A stretch of 64,000 nt of DNA from the human T2T-CHM13v2.0 reference genome, Homo sapiens: assembly GCF_009914755.1 (NCBI RefSeq), contig NC_060926.1; one strand, 5' to 3'. Positions within the stretch are counted from its first letter, which is position 1, and every line of letters begins with the position of its first letter. The notes below the pieces were generated by a model. It saw only the letters and a program-made list of their open reading frames with translations, did no database searches and had not been told where the DNA came from. Positions 44,436 to 57,898 of this stretch are shown one piece after another. The position numbers were made by a program, and so were the translations under genes.

Positions 44436-45471
44436 GTGAGGTTCCCTGCTCAGCTCCTGGGGCTGCTAATGCTTTGGGTTCCTGGTAAGGACAGAGGAGA
44501 TGAGGGAGGAGAATGGGGTGGGAGGGTGAGCTCTGGGGGCCCCACTGTCACCCATGTGTGTTCCGTCCACATGTTAGATGCACGTGTCTTGTGCTCCAGG
44601 ATAAAATGTATGGTGGCACTTTTATATGTGAAAGAGTGAGGAAGATTCCAGAAAAAGCAAAGACCTGTGCTCTGGTGCAGATTCTGACATAGAAAGAGGA
44701 GGGTAGCATAAGTGACTTCCATAGGGCAACTTGGGCCTTCAAAATGTCTGTTTTTTTTTTTAATTGAATTTTTTTGGTGCATGAATCAAAATTACACACA
44801 CACTCACACACACACACACACACACACACGCCGCAATACAATTATTTAGCATTAAATAATTGTAGAGAAATTATGATAATGTCTCATGATTTACATAACA
44901 TTGTACTTCTTTTTTATATTACTTTAGGATCCTGTGGGAATATTGTGATGACCCAGACTCCACTCTCTCTGCCCGTCACCAATGGAGAGCCGGCCTCCAT
45001 CTCCTGCAGGTCTAGTCAGAACCTTTTACATGGTAATGGATACACCTATTTGTATTAGTTCCTGCAGAAGCCAGGCCACTCTCCACAGCTCCTGATCTGT
45101 AGGACTTCCAATCAGTTTTCTGCCTTCCCACACAGGTTCTCCCCAATGGGAGGAGAGAGTAGACCAGTCATCCCCAGATATATCACAGGACTAGTTTCAA
45201 CCTTTGGAAGCTGGTCTATATCCTATGGTTAAATAGGCATTTGTGATACGACCTGAAATACATTTGGACAAGAACTTCACTAACAATTGAGTCACTGAAG
45301 ACTTACGGCCCTGTGTGACGCACCACATAACCGTGAGTTTGCAGTGGTTGCAGGTCAGGGACAGATTTTATGCTTAAGATCAGTAGGGTGGAGGCTGAGG
45401 ATCTTGGCTATTACAACTGCCACCACACTCTACAATATCCTCCCACAATGGTTCAGCACCAAACAAAAGCC
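44436..45471 (+). pseudogene. IGKV2D-23: Ig kappa V2 pseudogene
   Basis: Octamer mutated to ATGTGCAT (44329); start ATG->GTG; exon from 44928 [39 protein letters not shown]; TAG 45056-45058; ~203-bp insert in FR3; RSS CACAATG-12-ACAAAAGCC at 45444-45471. Confidence 0.9.
44794..44829. repeat. (CA)n microsatellite in the IGKV2D-23 intron
   Basis: CA run with one CT interruption. Confidence 0.95.
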
Positions 45472-46136
45472 TCCTGCTTGGATTGTCCCAGCTGCCCAAA
45501 TTAGTTCCTTCACTGAGGAGTAGACAGGGTATATTCTCTAAATCTATGTAACAGGAAGATGTTGGTGAACTCAGGGGATTAGTATGAAGCTACACCTCAG
45601 GCATCACACATAAGATCACTTCAGCAGTCGCAGCCTTAGCATGGGCAGAACCTACAGAAGATGCAAGTGCCCTCTGAGCCAGGAGACAGGAGGAAGGAGG
45701 AAGGGAAAGGTGACTTAGCTCATCTCAATCCTCTCTCCTTTGCATACATTTGTCAACCAGATGTATTCAGCCTACCAGTCACACAACTGAGGCTGATACA
45801 TGACAACATAGCACTGGTATATTCTTGGTATTGTTTGGCTTAGCAGTTACTAGTATATATTTAATGGGAGAATATTTGGTGGTGTTAACACATTGCTTAT
45901 CTCCCTTACCCCAGTTGTACTTTACACTTGTTCTCGGCACACATTCTCCTCCAGGACTGGAGCATTCACAGGGTTTTATGTTACTGTTCTTATGGGAGTA
46001 AAAAGAAAAACGATTCACATTCTTGCTACTGAGCTAGGCTGGGATGTCCTGGGCCAAGCTGAAAATGTGAAAAATAAGAGTATGAATATTTATTAAGTTT
46101 TATCTGGATCTAAGATACTTATCCATGAACCAGTCC

Positions 46137-46178
46137 TGCAGCTGTGCCCAGCCTGCTCCATTCCCTGCTGATTTGCAT
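46137..46178 (+). promoter_or_regulatory. IGKV1D-22 promoter: pentadecamer and octamer
   Basis: TGCAGCTGTGCCCAG 46137-46151; ATTTGCAT 46171-46178. Confidence 0.9.
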
Positions 46179-46265
46179 GTTCCCAGAGCACAACCCCCTG
46201 TTCTGAAGACTTCTTAATAGGCTGGTCACACCCTGTGCAGGAGTCAGTCTCAGTCAGGACACAGC

Positions 46266-46763
<498 letters not shown>

Positions 46764-49700
46764 CCCAGGGAAGCAGAAGTATGACTCATGGCTGCCCCAG
46801 GTGCTTCCACTGGTGCCTCCATCTGCTGAGAGTGTTTCTCAGGTGCAGCCAAGATTTAAAGGTTTTTGTAGGAATGGTCAGAAGTCTCATCTGCATTCTA
46901 ATTCTTTTTCTTCCTGCTTAGCCCCAGCAGCACAGACATGACACTATCTCTCCTGATTTAATAAAGGATAGCATTTACGATACCTGAAGAATCTGTGTTA
47001 TTGCATCCATCTGGGTCATAGATTAAAAGAGAAACCACTCTACAGATTGCCAGAAGGCATTGTTTTAATACAGGGAATTAGAGTTGAATATACAAAACTG
47101 GGAGTGTGGTAGTTAGGGAAGCTGACACTAGAAACACGGGAGTCTCTGGAGGTCTGCCAGAAGCCAGAGTTCATCAGCCGCTAAAGGCATGGGCTATCTA
47201 ACCATATAGTCTTCTTTGTCTAGGAAGTCCGTATGCGAAGATGCTGATGCTATCAGTTGTTGCAGCACCTCACCAGGTGATTCTCCAGTCCTTATCTCAG
47301 TGAACATGTTTGCCTACCGGTGTCAAAGAATATTGAATCGCCTTCTTCTTACCTTCAAATATGATGAGAGGTCTTCTCTTTGAGTAACTCTACAAGAAAC
47401 CATAGAGGGTTTAATGGGTTTCAGGAAAGGTGCTTTTAGAAATCATGGTGAATATGAGGAATTACAGCCAAGTGGGATAAGTATTTCCCAAAATCTCAGA
47501 ATTTTCCAGGTATGGGGTGGCTTCAGAATACATTTGGATGTTCTTACATGTATTATTAGAAAGTTTGGTATTATTGCAAGAAAATTTTATTAAGTCGTAA
47601 AGTAAAAGAAAAAAATGACAACATTGCTTGAAATACATAGCAATCCTTTGACAAATGAAAAAAAAATTGACAAAACAAACAAGAACACCTATAGGTGCAT
47701 GTAGCATACTTTTTCCTTAATATAAGAGCACTTTGCTACTTAAAATTTGTCCAGATTCCAGTGGCATTCTCAGCGTCACTATGAACACAGTACAAATGCA
47801 AAGTAGCAGATGTGCTTTAGACCTTGTTGCATGATAACCTGCACTTCAACTAGTTAAGAGGTAACGTACGGGTGTTTCAAGAAGCCAAGTTTTAGAAGAC
47901 ATTTACTTTAGCTAAAGATTTTTTTTTCCCCCACAGTGAGACCATTTATGTTAAAACCACTTAAAAATATATGCTGCTTTATTTCTAATTAATGCAAAAT
48001 TACATTCAAAAATATTTTTAATATTCTAAAAGTTGAAAAACAATTATTTTTTATCAATGGATCAAATACTTTGATAGTTAAATGCAGTAAACGTTTTTAG
48101 AAACTTTAGGACTTAACAAAGTAAAAGAATAAATTAAATTGTGTTCACTGTTTTAGAGAACATTAGGATACCATTTGCCTGGTCAGTTTTGTTTGAAAAT
48201 TGTGTTCCTTTTTGCTGCCTTCCATACAAATGTTGTGTCTTGGCTAGGCCCTTCCTTGATCCCAAATGAAACACAATCTAAAGGCAGAAGAACCACTCCA
48301 CTAAGCTCTTCCTTGATCAGCCACATCATTGTTATCATAAACATCTATTAACAAGAAAATATCTGCTTAGTTTTATTATCCGCTGAGTTTTGAGCAGTGG
48401 ATAAGTGCATGTTTCCGTAAGTGCACTTTTTCCATAAGTGAGGTGAATTTCACTTAATTCATATCATTTAGCTTTAATTTCCTCTAAGTGTCTTTATAAA
48501 TGGATGACTAAATATTTATATTTATGCTATCAGATTTGATAACATGCATCTATCTATATGACTGGATGTGTGAATATTATATTGGTCAGCTTTCACCCAG
48601 GTGGTCATGTCAGAAAAGGCTGTTAGTTTAGCCTGAGTGTAGAATTTCTATCTTAGATCACATATATCATGTGTCTTCCTGTCTTATATCCCTGTGTCTT
48701 CCTGTCTCACCAATTATCTAGATTCAGTGAATGGTGTGTGGTACAAGACTTGTAGGAACTAAATTAAGTTGTGTGGTCCCATTTCTTTTGTTTCTACCCT
48801 AAATATGCCTAGTTGTTTTCCCTGGTGCATGACAGAATATGGTTGGAATGAAGAGTTATTGGAACTTTATCTCCCAAGTACACCTTTCACTTGCTGCTTA
48901 GGGATCTTTTCTGAGGGCCCTGAAGCTTCCTCAAAGAGCAACACTCAAGTACCCACAGTGCTGCAGGTGCAGGGGTGACCACAACTGCACAGATGAGAAG
49001 CACCCAGGTTCTGACCCTTCAGGTTACCAATGCCATTTCCCTGAAGACAGACAATCATGCTGTCCATGCAGGTAACAGACAATGATGCTGTCCATATAGG
49101 CAGGGGACAACTCCTTGGGTGATCCTCTAATCTACACACCGCTTGATTCTGTGCAATGCTTATATCAATCCAGAGTCAGGTTCTCTTCTCCTTAATAGTT
49201 CCCAGAACCTCTGCTTACACCCCCTGAATCTCATTTCATATACTGCTGCTCCTTTCCTTTAATCAGTTAAAATCGTTTGCTTTTTCTTCCTTTCTCTTAG
49301 GTATCAAGGAAGCAGTTTTACTAATGCTGCTCTAAGTTTCAATTGGATCTTCATTCATTCTGGAAATAGAGTCAACAATATTTATCTAACTGTCAAGACG
49401 TTATCTTGGCAAGCCCTGAAATCAAATCCATTGTGTTGGAGACAGAGCTTTAATCCTTATAGATTATGTGCCATTAGTAAATTTGCTTATGTGAAACTTT
49501 GGCAATAATAGAATCTACCTAAAAGGTCTCTTTACAATTTATACAAGGTAAAGCATTTACAATAGTATCTAATCATTATATGTGCTGGTATTAATTTTGT
49601 TGTTACTATTATGATAACATTTAGCACTGTAATAATCATTATTATCATCACTAGACTAATTTAGAAGAGAGTTAGGAGAAACAATCTTAATTCTAATCCA

Positions 49701-50999
49701 AGGATGTTTCATCTATAGCCACATTAGTTTCTGAGATGGGATTTTCACTGACTGACTCACAATTCTTAAAATGCTAATGATTTGTTCTTGATCTATACTA
49801 ACTTGCTCAGACTTTCAATCATGCCCACCCAGATGGGTCCATTGCATTTCTTCTCATCATTCATTATCATAACTTTATCCTATGAAAGGTTAGAATGTCA
49901 TATTGCTGTCCTTTCTTACATAATCTTTATTCTGTCTTTTTAACCTTTTCTCATTTTTTCTACTACATCTGCCATAACTCAAAAACCAAATCTCAGGTTT
50001 TTCCCAGGATTGGCATGCTTCTGTGCTAAAGATGTTGTTCATTCTCTTACTTTCTGGATTTCTACGGGACAAATTATTTCAAACTCAGGCCTTTCTAATA
50101 CCTCAGAGGTATAGGGCATAAAAGAGAAAGAAAAAGCATATGTATGAGTGTGATTTGACAAATTGAAAAGTCACTTCACCTTTTTGTGAAGTCATCTATT
50201 CTTTCTTGCAAGGGTTTTCAAGTTGTGCCTATATTTTTAAACACGTATGACTTCTTCAAACACTTTTCTTCTCTAAATCTTTTCCTCCAAAAGCCCCAGT
50301 CAGATTAACTGTATCCAGTAAAGTATGGTTGACCCTTCTCTGATATCCTCTCTATATATACCCAAAAGTTTCCATTCTCTTCTAACATTTTTGTTTCATT
50401 ACCATCCAAAGACAAAATTCTATTAAATTTTCAGATAATAACTTAAAAATTTGGAGAAGTACATATTTCTAGAAATAACTGTCATGCATATGTAGCCACA
50501 TGTTCTTTAACTGAGGGACCAGAACCTCTTATTTCCACAAAGAGTGTCTGAACTGTGTGCATACTAAAATGGTACAAATGGTATCTCAGTCTCCTCAGCA
50601 GAAGTAGCTCAGGGCAAGCTGTTCCTATCCATTTGATTCTTGCAGTATTCCAAGTGCTAGAAAATTATGTTTTTCCAAACAGTTGATTCAGTAACTGCTG
50701 TTCATTTGTTGGTACCACTACATTTTAATAAATCTCATTCCTCTGGGTTTTTTTTCAGGCTATTAACATTTAAATGGTAAATGGCCATCATAGTAACATT
50801 TGCCATTTAAAAGCCAACTCATTTATTTGTTCAATATTCTCTATTGTACAGTAAGTGTGAAGAGGGTTAAAGCCTAAGAAACATAAAAAAAAATAGTTTC
50901 AGACAGGAATAGGTTATTTCTCAGAAAGTCAGCAAATAACCAAATACAAAGAGTGATAGAAGCAGCTGGCTTAATTAGCTTTGTCCAAGACCTCCTTTC

Positions 51000-53530
51000 A
51001 GAAACCAGAATCTTTGGGACACAGCAAAAGCAGTGTTTAAAGGGAAATTTATAGCACTAAATGCTCACGGGAGAAAGCAGGAAACATCTAAAATCGACAC
51101 CCTTACATCACAATTAAAATAACTGGAGAAGCAAGAGCAAACAAATTCAAAAGCTAGCAGAAGACAAGAAATAACTAAGATCAGAGCAGAACTGAAGGAG
51201 ATAGAGACACGAAAAACTCTTCAAAAAAAATCAATGAATCCAGGAGCTGTTTTTTTTGAAAAGAGCAACAAAATAGATAAACCACTAGCCAGACTAATAA
51301 AGAAGAAAAGAGAGAAGAATGAAATAAACACATAAAAAATGATAAAGGAGGTATCACCACTGATCCCACAGAAATACAAACTACCATCAGAGAATACTAT
51401 AAACACCTCTAAACAAATAAACTAGAAAATCTAGAATAAATGGATAAATTCCTCGACACATACACCCTCCCAAGTCTAAACCAGGAAAAATTTGAATCCC
51501 TGAGTAGACCAACAACAAAGTCTGAAATTGAGGCAGTAATTAATAGCCTACCAACCAAAAAAAAGTCCAGGGCCAGATGGATTCACAGCCGAATTCTACC
51601 GGTAGAAAAAGAAGCTGGTACCATTCCTTCTGAAAATATTCCACACAATAGAAAAAGAAAGAATACTCCCTAACTTGTTTTATGAGGCCAGCATCACCCT
51701 GATAACAAAACCTGGCAAAGACACACACAAAAAAGAAAATTTCAGGCCAATATTCATGATAAACATTGATGCAAAAATCCTCTATAAAATACTGGCAAAC
51801 CGAATCCAGCAGCACATCAAAAAGCTTATCCACCCATGATCAAGTTGGCTTCATCCCTGGGATGCAAGGCTGGCTTAACATATGCAAATCAATAAATGTA
51901 ATCCATCACACAAACAGAACCAATGACAAAAACCACATGATTATCTCAATAGATGCAGAAAGGGTCTTTGATAAAATTCAATACCTCTTCATGCTAAAAA
52001 CTCTCAATAATCTAGGTATTGATGGAATGTATCTCAAAATAATAAGAGCTATTCATGACAAACCCACGGCCAAGATCATATTGAATGGGCAAAACTGGAC
52101 ATATTCTTGTCAAATACCGGCACAAGACAAGGATGCCCTCTCTCACCACTCCTATTCAATATAGTATTGGAAGTTCTGGGAAGGGCAATCAGGCAAGAGA
52201 AGGAAATAAAGCATATTCAAATAGGAAGAGAGGAAGTCAAATTGTCTCTTTTTGCAGATTACATGATTGTATACTTAGAAAACCCCATGGTCTCAGCCCC
52301 AAATCTCCTTAAGCTGATAAGCAACTTCAGCAAAGTCTCAGGATACAAGATCAATGTGCAAAAATCACAAGCATTCCTATATATCAATAATAGACAAACA
52401 GAGAGCCAAATCATGCATGAACTCCCATTCACAATTGCTACAAAGAGAATAAAAAACTTAGGAATACAGCTTACAAGGGATGTGAAGGATCTCTTCAAGG
52501 AGAACTACAAACCACTGCTCAAGGAAATAAGAGAGGACAGAAACAAATGGAAAAACATTCCATGCTCATGGATAAGAAGAATCAATATCGTGAAAATGGC
52601 CATACTGCACAAGGTAATTTATAGATTCAATGCCACCCCCATCAAGCTACCATTGACTTTCTTCACAGAATTAGAAAAAACTACTTTAAATTTCATATGG
52701 AACTAAAAAAGAGCCCACATAGCCAAGACAATCTAGACAGAAAGAACAAAGCTGGAGGCATCACGCTACCTGACTTCAAACTATATTACAAGGCTACAGT
52801 AACCAAAACAGCATGGTACTGGTACCAAAACAGATATATAGACAAATGGAACAGAACAGAGGCCTCAGACAGATGCTGGAGAGGATGTGGAGAAATAGGA
52901 ATGCTTTTACACTGTTGGTGGGAGTGTAAATTAGTCCAACCATTGTGGAAGACAGTGTGGCGATTCCTCAAGGATCTAGAACCGGAAATACCATTTGACC
53001 CAGCAATCCCATTACTAGGTATATAGCCAAAGGATTATAAATCATTCTACTATAAAGATGCATGCACACATATGTTTATTGCGGCACTGTTTACAATAGC
53101 AATGACTTGGAACCAACCCAAATGCCCATCAATGAGAGACTGGATAAAGAAAATGTGGCACATATACACCATGGAATACTATGCAGCCATAAAAAGGATG
53201 AGTTTATGTCTTTTGTAGGGACATGGATGAAGCTGGAAGCCATCATTCTCAGCAAACTAACACAAGAACGCAGAACCAAACACCGCGTGTTCTCATTCAT
53301 AAGTGGGAGTTGATCAGTGAGAACAAATGGACACAGGGAGGAGAATGTTATACCCCAGGGCCTGTTGGGGGGTGGGGGGCTAGGGGAACAGTAGCATTGG
53401 GAGAAATACCTAATGTAGATGACAAGTTGATGTGTGTAGCAAACCACCATGGCATGTGTACACCTATGTAACAAACCTGCACGTTCTGCCCATGTATCCC
53501 AGAACTTAAAGTATAATAAAACATTTTTTT
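51000..53530 (+). mobile_element. 5'-truncated L1PA (PA7-like) with internal ORF2 deletion
   Basis: ORF2 peptides ([12 protein letters not shown]; [18 protein letters not shown]; [10 protein letters not shown]), 3'UTR ending AGAACTTAAAGTATAATAAA. Confidence 0.93.
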
Positions 53531-54307
53531 TAAAAAAAGGGTTTTATTGTTCATATTAATTGATCACCATTAATAGGATATGTTGACATTTTGTAATTCT
53601 TGCTGTGCACTGAGGTTGCACCCCATTTTTTTTGTTTTTGTTTTTTTGCTAAAAATAAAAGGTATGAATCTAATCAGTAGAAGACTTCAAACAAATGCAA
53701 CTTAAGAGATTCTCCAAAATAACTTGCCAGTACACTTCAAAGGTTTCAAAATCATGAAAGACAAAACTAAAAAACTGTCACAATTTGGGAAATATTAAGG
53801 ACACAATAATTAAATGCAGTGTGGGATTTTGGATTTTTTTTCTGGAACATAAAGAAGGAGATTACTGAAAAAATCAGTGAAATACGAGGGGATTTCAAAT
53901 TACTTAATTAATAGCATTGCATTTATGTTAATGTTTTGGTATTGATACTTACCCTATAGTTACGCTTGATGTTGACATTACAGAAGAAGCTAGTGGAAGA
54001 GTACATGAGAACAATCTTATTATATTATGCAAATTTTAAGTCTAAAAACATTTCAATGTTATTAAAATATATAAATAAAAATAATTAAAACATAACAAAG
54101 GACATGGATTCTTATGAAACAATTTCACAAGATTCATCATGTTTTCATATTTGTGTTTCAATCATCTGTTAAAGACAATCCTGGCTCCCATTATGTAGAG
54201 AATATTCACTTACTTGGTCAATTCTAGAATATGCATAAGGCATATTTTACAGATTTGTAGTGCATTCCCTGAAAATGTGAAATCTAGTGATTAGAGTTAC
54301 ATATATA

Positions 54308-54675
<368 letters not shown>

Positions 54676-56947
54676 AAGAGTTAATATTTGTTAAGTGCAC
54701 GATTTCTCTTCAAACCGTGGGTATTGAGTTCAAATTCTTTACTTCAGAATTACTTATGTTTTAACATATATCTATATCCTTTCAGTGTTGCTGTCATATT
54801 CATTAAAATTCATTTTAGAAGGCATCTCTCTTTATTGTGTTACAGAGAGATTGTTAAATCCTCTCAGCAAAAATATATGAGAAAGACAAATTAAGCATAA
54901 AGCTAAAAAATATCAAATCGGTTTCAGCGCTCTGAAAATTGGCAAAGTATAAAACATTTAATACTGTATACTATTCATAACATGAAAGAATATGTTTTGA
55001 GTAAGGAAGGAAATTATGTCTGTAGCCTTTTGCCTGGGATTTCTCCCTTCCATCTCCGCTCTGTCAGCATGAATTGCAGATCTGGGGTTTTAATGAGGAT
55101 GTCAGCTTGCAGCTTGCAGTCGAAGGGAGTGGACTTGAGTTGAGGTGGAGAGTCAAGCAAGATCCTTCAGTGTTTCCAGCTAAATGTGATGAATTCTGCA
55201 GGAAATGAACAGAGCAAGCTAGTTCAAACTGAGGGCTCTAGCTGGGGCAAGTGGTACACCAGCTGAAAGTTACTAGTGGACTCCTGGAAGTGATGGAATG
55301 ATAGAATTGCTAAAATAATGTCTGCACAGATTTCTGGTGACTTAAAAGCTGCCGTTATGAATAACAGGGATCAAAGGGGGTGCAGTGAAAAGTAAAACAG
55401 AGGGAGATAAGAACTGGCTACATTTTGTATACACTTTTCAGAACACACACAGATGAATAGGTTTATGAGTTTCACACATTTGGGAAAAACCCATTGCTAT
55501 GATCTTCTTTTCCAGGACCTTAGCCAGCCAGCTATTCAGAAATCTATATGTATACTTGACTCCAGACACTTCTCTATCTACACTAATTTGATGAACATGT
55601 GCTCTGCTCAGATGTAAGATAACTCAAGGTAGTATTTGACAGCCATGCATGACCGTTGCCATAGTGTGGACACAGTCCACACTTACTTACACAAACATAT
55701 GATGCCAAGCCATTCAAGAGGAAGCCCAGCTTGTTCTCATTTTTGCTTTGATTTTCTTTGTTTTTGCTTATTTTCTTTTTTTTCTTTTTCTTTTTTTGTA
55801 TTATCTCTCTGGCATTAGCTGATCAGGAAAACCCATGATATCATAGAGAGAGCTGATGCAGAGGTGTTAAGTTGAGAGAGAAAAGTGATATAAGGAACTG
55901 GAACATCTGTGATGGAAATGAAGCATGCCTTCTGAATCTGCTTGAACCCAGTCACTAAACTACCATCTGCATCCCAATATTGAATGGTGCTGAGCTTCAC
56001 CTGATCTTAAAATTGGTGAGAGTGACATTCTCAGTTTATGAGGGGCAGCTTAGTCACTTAATTATTTAGTCAAACAGTCAACTACTCATGGACATGCCTA
56101 CATGGACCCTGTGATATTTTGAGAGCTGCATTTTGAGTAGTGAGTTGTTTGTGTGTTGTTTGTTTGTTTATTTTGGGGGCATTTCAGGATCTTGCTCAAG
56201 AACTGTAGAGATTTTTTTCTGTGACTCTTTTTTGGTGCTTGCATGGAGGTTTACAGAGTTTCCTCATCTAATATAGATTATCTAGCACCAGGCAATGTGC
56301 TGGATCTCATGGCTGAAGTGACAGAGGCATTTGCATTAAAACTCAAACTTACTACAGAATATTTTCTTTCTCAGAGTTTATTCATAAAAGACAGCCTTCC
56401 AAGTTAGCTGATAAATGGGATGGTATAGTAAACCCAAGTGCAAAATGCATTGTCAACACTCTAGGATGGCTTAACCAGTAATGTGCTTCATTGCTAGTGG
56501 TTGGAAGTACAAGGTGCAATTATTTTTCCTTACTTTGGAGGGGATAAGCCAGCATGACTCATACCCCTTTTATAAACACTTGACATCTTCTCTAATGTGA
56601 CAAGCCCTTGATGTTTTGGGGCGTGCATCCCACCCTCTAGAGCACATGTGTTTTCACAAGAAATTCAGAGTTCTTACAATGTCCAGCTCATCACGTCTAA
56701 TTACCATGATGTCATCAATATAGTGTTGATGCTTTGTGGAACGTTCACAAAGCTTTTTCAGCCTACATTGTGACAGAGAGCAGGAGAGTTAACATAGCCC
56801 TGGGACGAGACTGAGGATGTGAGCTGTTATTCACCCCAGATAACTGCAGACTCTCCCAGAGATGGCGATGGACTCTGCCTTCACTCTGCAGCTGTGCCCT
56901 GGGGTCTGGTCAAGCCCTGCCAGAGCCTCAGCGGAGCTCGTCTGCAG

Positions 56948-56966
56948 GTGCCAGCAGAGGGCGCTT
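56948..56966 (+). promoter_or_regulatory. candidate CTCF site upstream of IGKV6D-21
   Basis: GTGCCAGCAGAGGGCGCT matches the CCASYAGRKGGCRS core, preceded by CTGCAG. Confidence 0.75.
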
Positions 56967-57050
56967 CACACCCCTCATGGAAGGGGCCGGGAGGGCGCTC
57001 TCCTGGCAACAGTGATTTCTGTTTATTTAAACCAGCAGGACATCCCCATA

Positions 57051-57058
57051 ATTTGCAT
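57051..57058 (+). promoter_or_regulatory. IGKV6D-21 octamer
   Basis: ATTTGCAT about 105 nt before the ATG. Confidence 0.9.
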
Positions 57059-57163
57059 GTATCGTTCCTCCTATATGTGAAGAGGCCCTGCCTCTCGGTA
57101 TCTTAAAAGAGGTTCTTTCTCTGGGATGTGGCATGAGCAAAACTGACAAGTCAAGGCAGGAAG

Positions 57164-57717
57164 ATGTCGCCATCACAACTCATTGGGTTTCTGCTGCTCT
57201 GGGTTCCAGGTGAGAATATTTCCACAAACCTAGGCGGAGATATTCTTTCAATCTGTAATTTCTTTCATTGGGGACTCTGCAATAGGTGATTTTTGGCTTG
57301 ATTTTAAAATCCTAATTTTAAAAATGTAATGCATATTCTTTCTTCATGTCTAGCAAGATTAAAGGTGATTTTCATACACAGATATTTATGTTGTACTGAT
57401 GTTTGCTGTATATTTTCAGCCTCCAGGGGTGAAATTGTGCTGACTCAGTCTCCAGACTTTCAGTCTGTGACTCCAAAGGAGAAAGTCACCATCACCTGCC
57501 GGGCCAGTCAGAGCATTGGTAGTAGCTTACACTGGTACCAGCAGAAACCAGATCAGTCTCCAAAGCTCCTCATCAAGTATGCTTCCCAGTCCATCTCAGG
57601 GGTCCCCTCGAGGTTCAGTGGCAGTGGATCTGGGACAGATTTCACCCTCACCATCAATAGCCTGGAAGCTGAAGATGCTGCAGCGTATTACTGTCATCAG
57701 AGTAGTAGTTTACCTCA
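57164..57717 (+). CDS. IGKV6D-21: Ig kappa V6 gene segment, open frame (exons 57164-57209 and 57420-57717)
   Basis: [15 protein letters not shown] / [61 protein letters not shown]...[10 protein letters not shown]. Confidence 0.93.
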
Positions 57718-57745
57718 CACTGTGTTACAACCCAGAACAAAAACT
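57718..57745 (+). other. 12-RSS of IGKV6D-21
   Basis: CACTGTG + TTACAACCCAGA + ACAAAAACT. Confidence 0.95.
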
Positions 57746-57898
57746 AGTTCAGCCTGGCTGAACGGAGAAACTGGGTGATACCCTAGAATACTTCTGATTG
57801 TTGCAGGTGCTTTGGGGGCAATGAGTTAACCAATACAATGAAGTCTGGCTCACCCAGCAGAGAGGAAACTAGAGTCACTGCTGCATACTTTCATCTTT

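Noticed and set aside
44432-44438. CACAGTG created by the ATG->GTG start mutation of IGKV2D-23
   Set aside because: No nonamer; coincidental.
49048-49102. Two ~28-bp direct repeats (CAGACAATxATGCTGTCCAT)
   Set aside because: Simple local tandem duplication; no spacers, and the sequence is mammalian, so not CRISPR-like.
51440-53026. Reverse-transcriptase-like ORFs as a novel RT system
   Set aside because: Fragmented L1 ORF2 with stops and frameshifts and a mutated FADD motif (FADY).
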